A stretch of DNA of 64,000 nucleotides from an uncultured Methylomirabilota bacterium (GCA_963845565.1 CAWJSJ010000004.1:96001-160000), one strand, 5' to 3'; positions 45,811-56,280 are shown, counted from the first letter of the stretch. Notes: a model not told the origin generated them from the letters alone. Numbers and translations: made by a program.

Positions 45811-47295
45811 ATGGCGATCGAGAAGATCATGGGGAGCGAGACGGAGCTCGGCATCACTACCCACACCGCGTCCGGTTTCGATCCCGTGGGCGGCGCCATC
45901 TTTCTGATCAACGCCGTGCCCGAGGAGGCGTCCTCGCGGGCGTTGTGGGACTACACGGGAGAGAACCCACTCCTGGACGCGCGGGGCTACGAGGCGACCG
46001 GAGAACGCGAGCGGCCCACGGCCCAGGATAACCGTGCGCTCAACAAGGTGCTGGCGAACGGCGGGCGCCTCTACGTCGACGGCGCCCACCCCGAGTACTC
46101 GACCCCCGAGACCAGCAACGCCCGGGATCTCGTGCTGTTCGAAAAAGCCGGGGAGCGGCTGGCCGACGCCTGCCGCGAGGCGGCCAACCGAACGCTTCCG
46201 CCGCACCAGCAGTTGGTGCTGTACAAGAACAACAGCGACGGCAAAGGGAACAGCTACGGCTATCATGAGAACTACCTGGTGGCCCGGAGCGTGCCCTTCG
46301 AGCGGTTGGTGGAGGCGTTGACCCCGTTCTTGGTTTCCCGCATCGTCGTGGCGGGTGCGGGCAAGGTGGGGGCCGAGAACGGCGCCGAGCCCTGCGCCTA
46401 CCAGATCTCCCAGCGGGCCGATTTCTTCGAGACGCTGATCGGTTTGGATACCATGGCGAAGCGGCCGATCATCAACACCCGCGACGAGCCCCACGCCGAC
46501 GAGGAGCGGTACCGCCGCCTCCACGTCATCGTGGGCGACTCCAACCTGGCCGAGGTGAGCACCTACCTCAAGGTCGGGACCACGGCCCTGGTGCTGGCCA
46601 TGGTGGAGGACGGCGCCCTCCGGAAGGACCTCGCCCTGGAAGATCCGGTGCGGGCCATCAAGGAGATCTCCCACGACACCACCTGCACCCGGAAGGTCCG
46701 CCTGAAGCGGGGGACGGAGGTCTCGGCGGTCGAACTCCAGCGGGAGTACCTGGAGCTGGCGCAGGCCTACTACGCCACGGTCGAGCAGTCCCCCCAGGTC
46801 ACCGACCTCCTGGAGCGCTGGGACCGGGTCCTGACCCAGCTCGCCGAGGACCCCCGCCAGTGCGCCCGGGAGCTGGACTGGGTCATCAAGCAGGCGCTCC
46901 TCGAGGCGTACACCAGCCGGAAGGGGATCGGGTTCGACGATCAGCGCGTCAGCATGCTGGATCTGCAGTACCACGATCTTCGCATGGACAAGGGGCTGTA
47001 CTACCGGTTGGAGCGAGAGGGAATGGTGGAGCGGCTGCTCAGCGACGAGGAGATTGGCCGGGCCATGCACCTGCCCCCCACGGACACCCGGGCCTATTTC
47101 CGGGGGACGTGCGTGCGGCGTTTCGGGGCGCAGGTGTGCGGCGCCAGCTGGACGTCCATCCTGCTGGACACCGGGGACGCCGCCGTGAAGCGCATCCCCA
47201 TGGCGGAACCCGCGCGAGGGACGCGGAAACTGGTGGGCGAGATCCTGGAGCGCGCGGACAGCGTGAAGGATCTCCTGGAGCGACTGGCCGGGTAG
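45811..47295 (+). CDS. dop: Depupylase/deamidase Dop
   Basis: GSETELG, Dop-loop WDYTGENPLLDARG, YVDGAHPEY, NNSDGKG.SYG.HENY, SQRADFFE, DTRAYFRG. Confidence 0.93.
   Translation: MAIEKIMGSETELGITTHTASGFDPVGGAIFLINAVPEEASSRALWDYTGENPLLDARGYEATGERERPTAQDNRALNKVLANGGRLYVDGAHPEYSTPETSNARDLVLFEKAGERLADACREAANRTLPPHQQLVLYKNNSDGKGNSYGYHENYLVARSVPFERLVEALTPFLVSRIVVAGAGKVGAENGAEPCAYQISQRADFFETLIGLDTMAKRPIINTRDEPHADEERYRRLHVIVGDSNLAEVSTYLKVGTTALVLAMVEDGALRKDLALEDPVRAIKEISHDTTCTRKVRLKRGTEVSAVELQREYLELAQAYYATVEQSPQVTDLLERWDRVLTQLAEDPRQCARELDWVIKQALLEAYTSRKGIGFDDQRVSMLDLQYHDLRMDKGLYYRLEREGMVERLLSDEEIGRAMHLPPTDTRAYFRGTCVRRFGAQVCGASWTSILLDTGDAAVKRIPMAEPARGTRKLVGEILERADSVKDLLERLAG
46468..46976 (+). repeat. 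Direct repeat copy 1 (509 bp) inside dop
   Basis: No mismatch found on manual comparison with 49575-50083; runs ATCATCAACACCCGC...CAGTACCACGA. Confidence 0.95.
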
Positions 47296-47443
47296 GGACA
47301 ACAGGACAATCCGGCACGCCGGCAATTGGGCGACTTGGCGATCCGGAAATCAGGCGACAGGGCGGATGGTCCGTCCCGTCTCCTGGCGGCCGAATTGCGG
47401 AATTGTCAAATTGCGGCTAATCAACGACGGAGGCGAGAGGCCT

Positions 47444-48241
47444 GTGGACGTCCATTTCAGTCGACATGACGCGGGATCCAGCTTTTTCGACTTGGTGCGG
47501 GAGCGTGAGCCGAATCTCCTGCCGCGGTTCGCGCCGGGGCGGGAGGGAGGCGAAGGAATGCCGGGGGTGCCGGTGGGCACGACCGTTCTGGCGCTGAAGT
47601 ACCAGGCCGGCGTGGTGATCGCCGGCGACCGGCAGGCCACCGAGGGATACCAGGTGGCCTCGCGGCGGATCGAGAAAGTGTACGCTGCCGACGAGTATTC
47701 CGCCGTCGCGATCGCCGGCGCGGCCGGGCCCTGTATCGAGATGGTCCGACTGTTCCAGACGGAGCTGGCCCATTACGAGAAGATCGAGGGGATGCACCTG
47801 AGTCTGGAGGGAAAGGCCAACCGGCTGGCCCAGATGGTGCGCGCCAACCTCCCGCTGGCAATGCAGGGCCTACTGGTGGTGCCCATCTTCGCGGGCTACG
47901 ACCTGAAACGCAGCGAGGGGCGGATCTTCAAGTACGACGTCGCCGGGGGGCGTTACGAGGAAGCGGAATATTTCTCCATCGGCTCCGGCGGCAAGGACGC
48001 CCGCTCCAGCTTGAAGAAGTTGTACCGGCCCGGCCTCGCCGAGGAGGAGGCCGTGCGCACGGCCCTGGAGGCGCTCTACGACGCCGCCGACGAGGACCGC
48101 GGGACGGGCGGCCCCGATTTCGTGCGGGGCATCTTTCCGACCGTGAAGCTGGTCACGAGGGGCGGGGCGCTGGACGTTCCCGAGGATCGGGTGGCGAGCG
48201 CCTGCGCGGCGATCGCGGAGGCACGCAAGACGGCCGCCTGA
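47444..48241 (+). CDS. prcB: 20S proteasome beta subunit
   Basis: Propeptide then G/TTVLALKY (Thr1), AGDRQAT, GSGG. Confidence 0.95.
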   Translation: MDVHFSRHDAGSSFFDLVREREPNLLPRFAPGREGGEGMPGVPVGTTVLALKYQAGVVIAGDRQATEGYQVASRRIEKVYAADEYSAVAIAGAAGPCIEMVRLFQTELAHYEKIEGMHLSLEGKANRLAQMVRANLPLAMQGLLVVPIFAGYDLKRSEGRIFKYDVAGGRYEEAEYFSIGSGGKDARSSLKKLYRPGLAEEEAVRTALEALYDAADEDRGTGGPDFVRGIFPTVKLVTRGGALDVPEDRVASACAAIAEARKTAA

Positions 48242-48296
48242 GTGGTGGGCGACCGATCGTCCCCATCACCGCCGGCCCATCGAGAAGGATGACATC

Positions 48297-48986
48297 ATGC
48301 CCTTACCGTATTACGTGTCGCCCGAGCAGATGATGCAGGATAAGGCGGAGTACGCCCGCAAGGGCATCGCCAAAGGCAAGTCCATCATCGCCCTGGAGTA
48401 TGCCGGCGGTGTGCTGATCGTGGCCGAGAACCCCAGCGCGTCGCTCAACAAAGTCTCGGAGCTCTACGACCGGATCGCCTTCGCCGGGGCCGGCAAGTAC
48501 GGCGAGTTCGAGCGACTGCGCAAGGAGGGGATCCGGTACGCGGACATGAAGGGCTACGCCTACGGGCGGGAGGACGTCACCGCCAAATCGCTCGCCAACG
48601 CGTACTCCCAGGTGATCGGGAATATCTTCAGCATGGAGATCAAGCCGCTCGAGGCGGAGATCCTCGTCCTGGAAGTGGGCGAGGAGGCCGACGTGAACGA
48701 GCTCTACCGGATCGCGTTCGACGGAAGCATCGCCGACGAGAAGGGCTACACCAGCATCGGGGGCCAGGCGGAGGAGCTGAAACTGTTCCTGAAGGACAAG
48801 TTCGCCGAGGGGCTCGGCCTCGAGGCGGCCCTGCAGATGGCCACGCGCGCCCTGGAGGCGGCGGCCAGCCAGAAGGTGAAGGCCGCGACCCTGGAGGTTG
48901 CGGTCCTGGATCGGGCCCGGCTGGGGCGAAAGTTTCGACGGCTGCCCCAGGCGGAGTTGCGGGCCATGGTCGAGGCGGGCGGCTAG
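48297..48986 (+). CDS. prcA: 20S proteasome alpha subunit
   Basis: PYYVSPEQMMQDKAEYARKGI, KVSELYDRI, KPLE.E, LEVAVLDR. Confidence 0.95.
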   Translation: MPLPYYVSPEQMMQDKAEYARKGIAKGKSIIALEYAGGVLIVAENPSASLNKVSELYDRIAFAGAGKYGEFERLRKEGIRYADMKGYAYGREDVTAKSLANAYSQVIGNIFSMEIKPLEAEILVLEVGEEADVNELYRIAFDGSIADEKGYTSIGGQAEELKLFLKDKFAEGLGLEAALQMATRALEAAASQKVKAATLEVAVLDRARLGRKFRRLPQAELRAMVEAGG

Positions 48987-49007
48987 GCGCCGCGCCGTGT
49001 GACCGCC

Positions 49008-50366
49008 ATGCAGCGGCGGATCTTTGGCCTGGAAACCGAATACGGCCTGATCTCCTCCTCCACCGGGGGGACCATGAGCCTCTCGGTCGAGAGCGCGCTG
49101 GGCTACCTTTTCGAAAAGGTGGTGTCGCGGCAGCGCGGCACCAACGACTTTCTGCGCAACGGGGCGCGGCTGTATCAGGACACCGGGTGCCACCCCGAGT
49201 ATGCGACCCCCGAGTGCGACAATCCTCTGGAACTCACCCTGCACGACAAGGCCGGCGAGCGGATCGTCGAGGAGTTGCTGCTCACCGCGGAGCAGCGACT
49301 GCGCGACGGCGGGATTGCCTGCGACATCTTCGTCTTCAAGAACAACACCGATTCCGTCGGGAACACGTACGGCTGTCACGAGAACTACCTGGTGGAGCGC
49401 ACGGTCAACTTCCACAAGCTGGCCGAACTGCTCATCCCCTTCTTCGTGACCCGGCAGGTGTTCGCCGGTGCCGGGAAGGTGTTGAAGACCCGCCTGGGGA
49501 ATCATTATTATATCTCCCAGCGGGCGCAGCATATTTACCAGGAGATTTCGGGGGCCACCACCAGCTCGCGGGGTATCATCAACACCCGCGACGAGCCCCA
49601 CGCCGACGAGGAGCGGTACCGCCGCCTCCACGTCATCGTGGGCGACTCCAACCTGGCCGAGGTGAGCACCTACCTCAAGGTCGGGACCACGGCCCTGGTG
49701 CTGGCCATGGTGGAGGACGGCGCCCTCCGGAAGGACCTCGCCCTGGAAGATCCGGTGCGGGCCATCAAGGAGATCTCCCACGACACCACCTGCACCCGGA
49801 AGGTCCGCCTGAAGCGGGGGACGGAGGTCTCGGCGGTCGAACTCCAGCGGGAGTACCTGGAGCTGGCGCAGGCCTACTACGCCACGGTCGAGCAGTCCCC
49901 CCAGGTCACCGACCTCCTGGAGCGCTGGGACCGGGTCCTGACCCAGCTCGCCGAGGACCCCCGCCAGTGCGCCCGGGAGCTGGACTGGGTCATCAAGCAG
50001 GCGCTCCTCGAGGCGTACACCAGCCGGAAGGGGATCGGGTTCGACGATCAGCGCGTCAGCATGCTGGATCTGCAGTACCACGACGTGCGGCGCGATCGCG
50101 GGTTCTACTCCATGCTCTGCCGCGCGGGAAAGGTGGACCGGCTTTTCGACGATGCGACGATCGAGCGGGCCATGACGATCCCACCCCAGACCACGCGGGC
50201 CAAGGTCCGGTCGGACTTCATCAACTTTGCCACCGAACGGAACAAGTCCTACGATGTGGGCTGGTCGTATCTGAAGCTGAACGATCGGTACCAGCGGACC
50301 ATCCTCTGCAAGGATCCGTTCAAGCCGTTCGATCCGCGCGTGGAAGAGTTGATCAACTCGGCTTGA
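49008..50366 (+). CDS. pafA: Pup-protein ligase
   Basis: RRIFGLETEYG, FL.NGARLY.D.G.HPEYATPEC, SQRAQHI...SGATT.SR, LCKDPF; no Dop loop. Confidence 0.94.
   Translation: MQRRIFGLETEYGLISSSTGGTMSLSVESALGYLFEKVVSRQRGTNDFLRNGARLYQDTGCHPEYATPECDNPLELTLHDKAGERIVEELLLTAEQRLRDGGIACDIFVFKNNTDSVGNTYGCHENYLVERTVNFHKLAELLIPFFVTRQVFAGAGKVLKTRLGNHYYISQRAQHIYQEISGATTSSRGIINTRDEPHADEERYRRLHVIVGDSNLAEVSTYLKVGTTALVLAMVEDGALRKDLALEDPVRAIKEISHDTTCTRKVRLKRGTEVSAVELQREYLELAQAYYATVEQSPQVTDLLERWDRVLTQLAEDPRQCARELDWVIKQALLEAYTSRKGIGFDDQRVSMLDLQYHDVRRDRGFYSMLCRAGKVDRLFDDATIERAMTIPPQTTRAKVRSDFINFATERNKSYDVGWSYLKLNDRYQRTILCKDPFKPFDPRVEELINSA
49575..50083 (+). repeat. Direct repeat copy 2 (509 bp) inside pafA
   Basis: Identical to 46468-46976; offset 3107 bp; codon-aligned in both genes. 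Confidence 0.95.
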
Positions 50367-50484
50367 GGGGTTACAGTAGAGAGGTAGTTGGGGGAAAGGT
50401 GCGGGGTCACCCGGGACCCGGCGGTTTCGGGTACATGGCGTCGGATGCCTTGAGTGCACGGCTCACGAAAGGAGAGGGACCACC

Positions 50485-50976
50485 ATGTTGTCCAAGACCA
50501 TGCAGGACGCGGTGAACGAGCAGATTCAGAAGGAGTACTATTCGTCGTACCTGTATCTGGCCATGTCCGCCTACTGCGAGGCGAACAATCTCCCGGGCTC
50601 CGCCAGGTGGATGCGGCTGCAGAGCCAGGAAGAGCTGTCTCACGCGATGAAGCTGTATGACCACGTGTGCGATCGGGGTGGGCGGGTGACCCTGCAGGCC
50701 CTCCAGCAGCCGCCGGCCGAGTACAAGTCGGCCCTGGACATCTTTCAGAAGGTCCTGGAGCATGAGCAACACGTGACCGCCTCCATCCACAAACTGTACG
50801 CCTTGGCCGTCAAGGAGAACGATTATCCCGGACAGATCGCGCTTCAGTGGTTCGTCACGGAGCAGGTGGAGGAAGAGAAGAACGCCGGCTTGATCGTGGA
50901 GCAGCTGAAGGCGGTCGGCGAGAGCAAGACCTCGCTGATGCTACTGGACCGGGCTCTCGGCAAACGGGGTCAGTAG
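50485..50976 (+). CDS. ftnA: Non-heme ferritin
   Basis: NEQIQKEYYSSYLYLAM, QSQEELSHA, HEQHVT, LQWFVTEQVEEE ferroxidase motifs. Confidence 0.93.
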   Translation: MLSKTMQDAVNEQIQKEYYSSYLYLAMSAYCEANNLPGSARWMRLQSQEELSHAMKLYDHVCDRGGRVTLQALQQPPAEYKSALDIFQKVLEHEQHVTASIHKLYALAVKENDYPGQIALQWFVTEQVEEEKNAGLIVEQLKAVGESKTSLMLLDRALGKRGQ

Positions 50977-51105
50977 GACGACACCTCCGGCGCCCATTTC
51001 GCGGCGGCGGACACACGACCAGGCGGGGCGGCGTGGATGACACGCCGCCCCGCGGCTATTTGGCGGTCCGGCGTCGCCAAGCGTGCCACCGGGCGGCCTC
51101 CGGCC

Positions 51106-51690
51106 CTATGGTGTCCGGACGCCGCCGTAGACGGGCCCGCCGTTGTCCACATACTGCCGGAGGACGGCGGCGGCCTCGCCGCGGCGCACGTCCCGGGTCA
51201 CGCCAATGCCCCTCCGTTCCAGCAGTCCGGGCCAGTTGACGGGCTTGTCCCCTTCATCGAATCCCACCGCGCGGGCATCCTCGTCCCGCGCGCCGCAGGC
51301 CAGCCGCCGGATTCCCGACCACGGAAGAGATCCGAGACACATCGCACACGGCTCGGTGCTCGTCACGAGTTCAAAAGGGGGAAGACCGGCCGCGCCGAGA
51401 TCGTGGGTGCCCATCAATCGTTGCGCGATGGCGATGGCCACCATCTCGGCGTGGGCGACGGCACACCCCAGGGGGACGACCAGATTGACGCCGGGCGCCA
51501 CCAGGGTGTGACGCCGCGAGTCGAATACCGCCGCCGCGAACGGGCCCCCTGTTCCCCGGCGCACGTTCTGGCGGGACAATTCGATCACGACCTGCATTCG
51601 GTCGTCGATCGCCGGATAGCTCTGGGTCGGATCCGGGACCACCTCGTCAACCCAGTCGGGCAGCCGAAGTGTCACCTCGGGATACCGCAT
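51106..51690 (-). CDS. Nucleoside / tRNA-adenosine deaminase family protein
   Basis: GGPFAA, AHAE, EPCAMC, GFDEG. Confidence 0.88.
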   Translation of the reverse strand: MRYPEVTLRLPDWVDEVVPDPTQSYPAIDDRMQVVIELSRQNVRRGTGGPFAAAVFDSRRHTLVAPGVNLVVPLGCAVAHAEMVAIAIAQRLMGTHDLGAAGLPPFELVTSTEPCAMCLGSLPWSGIRRLACGARDEDARAVGFDEGDKPVNWPGLLERRGIGVTRDVRRGEAAAVLRQYVDNGGPVYGGVRTP

Positions 51691-52347
51691 TTCCACCACC
51701 CTCCTTGCGGTTTCGCATGCACCGTCCATGCTCCGTGCGGTCACGCGCGAAACCGGCCCGCCATGGAGACGAGCAGCTCGTTCTTCATCGTGTTGAGCAA
51801 GAGCGCCACCCCCTAGCCCGCATTTTTCGCGAACACAGCTCGCGAAGAATGCGGACTTAATAGGAACCCCTGGGGGCGGCGGTCCGGAACGGATCAGGCG
51901 TCGCCGGTGCACGATGACACCGCACCCATCCTGGCGGATCGGGTACCCGTCCGTCAGGATGGGTGCCCGATCCGCCCGCCGCCACGTCTCCTCCCGCTGC
52001 AGGCGGGAATGGCTACGCGTCAGGTCAGCCCGGATTCTTCGCGAATCCTTCGTGAATAATCCGGGCGAGCGGAGGCCGCCGGTCCGCACGGATGCGCCGA
52101 GTGTCCGACAGTGTGATCCCCTCCCAGGGTCCGACCGAAGTATCGCGTACGCCTGGCGGGGGCTCAAGGGGAGAAGGGTGCTGCGGCGGATGTCGCGCGG
52201 TTCTCCTGACAACTCGGGGGGCGGAGATGGGGGAGCGGAGAGCCGAGAGCGTAGGCTGGAGACCGGAGGGTCGAGCCGCGAAAACCGAGCGCCGAGAACC
52301 GCGGGCAGACTTCCGAATGCTGAACGCTGATAACTGAACGCCGAAAG

Positions 52348-52809
52348 CTAGAAAGGCGGCTTCGAGTCGGGGGCTGAGATCCGTGGAGGAGCGTCGTCGG
52401 GGAGTGTGGGGTGGAAATGGTGATGGAGTTGGATGGCGATCTGGGCGAGCGCCTTGAAGAGACCGTCGCAGTATCGCTCGTCGTCGAAGTGGCGCTGGAG
52501 CTCGGAGTTCACCTGGGTCCAGAACGCCTGCGGTGCCACCCGCCGGATCTCCTCGCCCCCGACGACGGCGAACCGGCGCGTGGCCGTGTTGGCATACACC
52601 AGAACCGCCCGCGGCCGCGCCGCCGCCGGCATATCCCAGGTTTCGAAGAGAGAAACGGCGCGGGCCTCGGGTTCCCCCGAGGCCCGCGCGTCGATGATCA
52701 AGCCGATCGGTTCCCCGGCATGGCGGCAGGCATGGGCCAAGCCGTCCTGGAGTTGCGCCCGCTCGGCGTCCGTCAGGAACGGGCGTCGGAAGGCACGCAG
52801 GAACTCCAT
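52348..52809 (-). CDS. TPM-domain (DUF477-like) protein
   Basis: FLT..E...A..LF...AVLVY.....RRFAVVG..I...FW. Confidence 0.65.
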   Translation of the reverse strand: MEFLRAFRRPFLTDAERAQLQDGLAHACRHAGEPIGLIIDARASGEPEARAVSLFETWDMPAAARPRAVLVYANTATRRFAVVGGEEIRRVAPQAFWTQVNSELQRHFDDERYCDGLFKALAQIAIQLHHHFHPTLPDDAPPRISAPDSKPPF

Positions 52810-52816
52810 GTCGACC

Positions 52817-54184
52817 CTACGCCCGCGCGGGAAGCACCGCCGTGATGGCGCCGCGGGTCGCCTCGACCAGCCGGTCCACCTGGGCGGCGGTGATCACCAG
52901 GGGCGGCGCGAAGCACAGGATGTCGCGGACGTTCCGGGTGAAGACGCCGCGCGTTTCGAGTTCCGCCTTCACCTTGCCGACGATCTTCTTGGCCGGATCA
53001 AAGGCGGCCTTGGTTCCGCGATCCGCCACCAATTCCACGGCCACCATCAGACCCAGGCCGCGCACTTCGCCGACCGCCTGCAGATCCGTCAGCGTCCGCA
53101 TCCCGGCCAGGAGCCGCGCCCCCATCTTGGCGGCGTTATCCACCAGCCCTTCCTTCTCGATCAGTTCCAGGTTCCGGAGCCCGACCGCGCAGCAGGTGGC
53201 ATGGCCGGAGTAGGTATAGGCATGCATCCAGCGATCCCCATAGGGGGCGGCCAGCATGACGTCGAGCACCGATCGGGAAACCATGATGCCGCCGAGCGGG
53301 AGGTAGCCGCTGGTGATCCCTTTGGCGAAGGCGAGGATGTCCGGTTGCACGTTCCAGCGCGTGAGGGCGAACCAGTCGCCGGTCCGGCCAAAGCCGGTGA
53401 TCACCTCGTCGGCGATAAAGAGGACATCGTACTTGGTGCAGATCTGCCGGACCAGCGGGAAGTAGTCGTCCGGCGGCACGATGATGCCGCCCGCGCCCTG
53501 CACCGGCTCGGCGATGAAGGCGGCGACGGTCTCCGGGCCCTCCTTCAGGATCGTCTCCTCCAGCATCCGGGCCGCAGCCTGGCCGACCGTCTCGCCGGGC
53601 TTCGCCCCCTCGAACCGATACCCGTACGGGGTGGCGGTGTGGATGAAATTCGGGACCCGCGGCCCGAACATCCTGTCGTAGCCCGGGACGGCAGTGGCGC
53701 TCATGGCCGCCAGCGTGAGCCCGTGATATCCCATCTGGCGGGAGATCACCTTCACCTTGTCGGGCTTCCCCTTGACCTTCCAATAGAACCGGGCCGTCTT
53801 GAAGGCGCTTTCGTTCGATTCCGCCCCTCCACTGGTGAAGTACACAGCGGCGAGATTCGGGTAGGCGATCTCGGTCATCCGGTGCGCCAACCGAATGGCG
53901 GGGACGTTGGAGGAGCCGACGTAATTGGTGGAATACGCGAGGGTCGCCATCTGTTCGGCGGCGGCCTCGGCCAATTCGCGGCGTCCGTGACCCACATTGA
54001 CATTCCAGAGACAGGAGAGACCGTCCAGATACTCACGCCCCTCGGCGTCCGTCAGGACCGCCCCCTGACCCTTCACCCATACGTGCGGCTTCGCGTGGTC
54101 GTCGTGGTGATACAGGGGATGGAGCAGGTGATCGCGATCGTCCGAGAGTAGGGTGGAAACGTCCCAGTGTGCCATGCGCATCAT
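52817..54184 (-). CDS. Class III PLP aminotransferase
   Basis: LDGLSCLW.VNVGHGR, SGGAESNE, YHG, EPVQG, DEVITGFGRTG, AKG. Confidence 0.92.
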   Translation of the reverse strand: MMRMAHWDVSTLLSDDRDHLLHPLYHHDDHAKPHVWVKGQGAVLTDAEGREYLDGLSCLWNVNVGHGRRELAEAAAEQMATLAYSTNYVGSSNVPAIRLAHRMTEIAYPNLAAVYFTSGGAESNESAFKTARFYWKVKGKPDKVKVISRQMGYHGLTLAAMSATAVPGYDRMFGPRVPNFIHTATPYGYRFEGAKPGETVGQAAARMLEETILKEGPETVAAFIAEPVQGAGGIIVPPDDYFPLVRQICTKYDVLFIADEVITGFGRTGDWFALTRWNVQPDILAFAKGITSGYLPLGGIMVSRSVLDVMLAAPYGDRWMHAYTYSGHATCCAVGLRNLELIEKEGLVDNAAKMGARLLAGMRTLTDLQAVGEVRGLGLMVAVELVADRGTKAAFDPAKKIVGKVKAELETRGVFTRNVRDILCFAPPLVITAAQVDRLVEATRGAITAVLPARA

Positions 54185-54387
54185 CCTCCTACGGTGAAAT
54201 GAGAGAGCGAGAGAGATTAGAGGACCGACGGGCGCCTCGCTACCGGTGAGATACTAGCGCGAGCCCAGGTCGGATGTCCAGTCCAGGTGTCAGGTCGACC
54301 TGGACTGGTCCGGCTTTCTGGGCTATAACATCGCGCGGGAGTCAAAGGCAGGCGCATCCGGACCGAACCCGCGCAAAGGAGTCATAC

Positions 54388-55960
54388 GTGGATATCCGTG
54401 TGAGCATCGGGGATGTAGCGACGTTCGCGGGCGATGGACTCGTCATCAATTTGTTCGAAGGCGTCGGCGCGTCGGGCACGACGGGCGGCCGCGGACGGTT
54501 GCGCCGCGGGACGCCGCTCGGTGGCGCGACGGCCGCGGTGGACGCCGCGCTGGGTGGGGCGATCGCGCGGCTCATCCAGACGAGAGAGGCGACCGGCAAG
54601 TGGGGCGAGCAAGCGCTGATCCATACTCTGGGACGGCTCCGGGCAGAGCGGGTCCTGGTGGTGGGCCTGGGTAAGGCCGAGGAATTGACGCTGGACCGGA
54701 TCCGCGCCGCGGCGGGCGAAGCCGCCCGCGCACTTCGAAAGGCCGGCGCCCGCCGCATCGGCAGTATCGTCCACGGCGCAGGCGTCGGAGGATTCAATAT
54801 CGCTCAGGCGACGCAGGCGGTGGTCGAGGGCACGCTGCTCGGTCTCTACCGTTTCACGCGCTACCGGACGACCAACGACGCCGGCAAGGCGATCGAGCGC
54901 GTCACCTTGGTCGAACGAGACCGTCAACACCTCAAGGCCATGACCGACGCGGTACGCCGCGGCCGGATTCTGGCAGAGGCCGCCAACGCCGCCCGCGACC
55001 TGGTGAACGAACCCGGCAACACCCTCACCCCGACCGAGCTGGCCCGCCGCGCGCGGGCGATGGCTCGAGCCGCCCGCGTTCGCTGTGAAGTCCTCGGCCC
55101 GCGGGAACTCGCCCGACTCGGCGCCGGCGGACTCCTCGGGGTGGCCCGCGGCAGCCAGGAGCCCCCACGCCTGATCGTGCTGACCCATGACGGCCGCCGC
55201 AGCGGCCCCCACCTCGGTCTGGTCGGGAAGGGGGTGACGTTCGACTCGGGCGGCATCTCCATCAAGCCGGCGGAGAACATGGAGGCCATGAAGGGCGACA
55301 TGGCCGGCGCGGCCGCGGCCATCGCCGCCATCTGCGCGATTGCGCGTTTGAACCTGCCCCTGCGGGTCACGGCCGTCATCCCGGCGACGGAGAATCTTCC
55401 CGAGCGGTTCGGCGCTCAAGCCCGGGGATATCCTGCGGGCGATGAGCGGAAAGACGATCGAGGTCATCAACACGGATGCCGAGGGTCGTCTGATCCTGGC
55501 CGACGCCCTGGCGTACGCGCGCAAGCGCGAGGTGACGCATCTGGTGGATGCGGCAACCTTGACCGGAGCCTGCGTGGTAGCGCTGGGGACGATCAACAGC
55601 GGCGCCTTCACCAACAATCAGTCCTGGCTGGACACGGTGCTGGCGGCCGGCCGGGCGGCGGGGGAGCGGATCTGGCCCATGCCGATGGATGCCGAATATG
55701 ACGAGCTGATCAAGAGCGACATCGCCGAGATCAAGAACACCGGCGGGCGGAAGGGGGGCGCCGTCACGGCCGCCAAGTTCCTGCAGCATTTCGTGGGAGA
55801 GACGCCGTGGGTCCACCTGGACATCGCGGGGACCTCGGAGGCGGACAAGGAGAAGGGGTACCAGCCCAAGGGCGCCACCGGAGTCATGGCGCGCACCTTC
55901 GCCATGCTGGCGATGGAGATGGTGGGGAAGAAGGAAAGAAAAGACGCCGTCAGCGATTAG
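54388..55960 (+). CDS. pepA: M17 leucyl aminopeptidase, with a +1 frameshift at ~55397
   Basis: VGKGVTFDSGG, MKGDMAG; removing one base gives ENLPSGSALKPGD; NTDAEGRL, WVHLDIAG. Confidence 0.9.
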
Positions 55961-56052
55961 CTTTCAGCGGTCAGCCTTCGGAGGAAACCGCCTCGCCCTG
56001 GAGTTGAGCGCTGAACGCTTAAAGCTGACTGCTGATCGCTGATCGCTGATCG

Positions 56053-56280
56053 CTACACCACCACACAGGTGATGGTCCGGCCCACGCCGTCCACGGCCTG
56101 GATCCTGGCCATCACCAGCTTGCCGATGGCGGCCGGGTCCGTGCCTTCTACCAGAGCGATGATGTCGTACGGTCCCGTGACCAGGTGGGCCGAGGCCACC
56201 CCAGCGAGCTTCGCGATCTTCCCGCACGCGGCGCGAGCCTTCTTGGGGGCCGCCTCGATCAACACATACGCGCTGGCCAT
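56053..56280 (-). CDS. Stand-alone Lrp/AsnC ligand-binding domain protein
   Basis: AYVLIE...VTGPYDIIA...I..V.GV.RT.T; GGAGG RBS. Confidence 0.85.
   Translation of the reverse strand: MASAYVLIEAAPKKARAACGKIAKLAGVASAHLVTGPYDIIALVEGTDPAAIGKLVMARIQAVDGVGRTITCVVV

Noticed and set aside
46468..50083. Diversity-generating retroelement TR/VR pair
   Set aside because: The copies show no adenine-specific differences and no reverse transcriptase is present.
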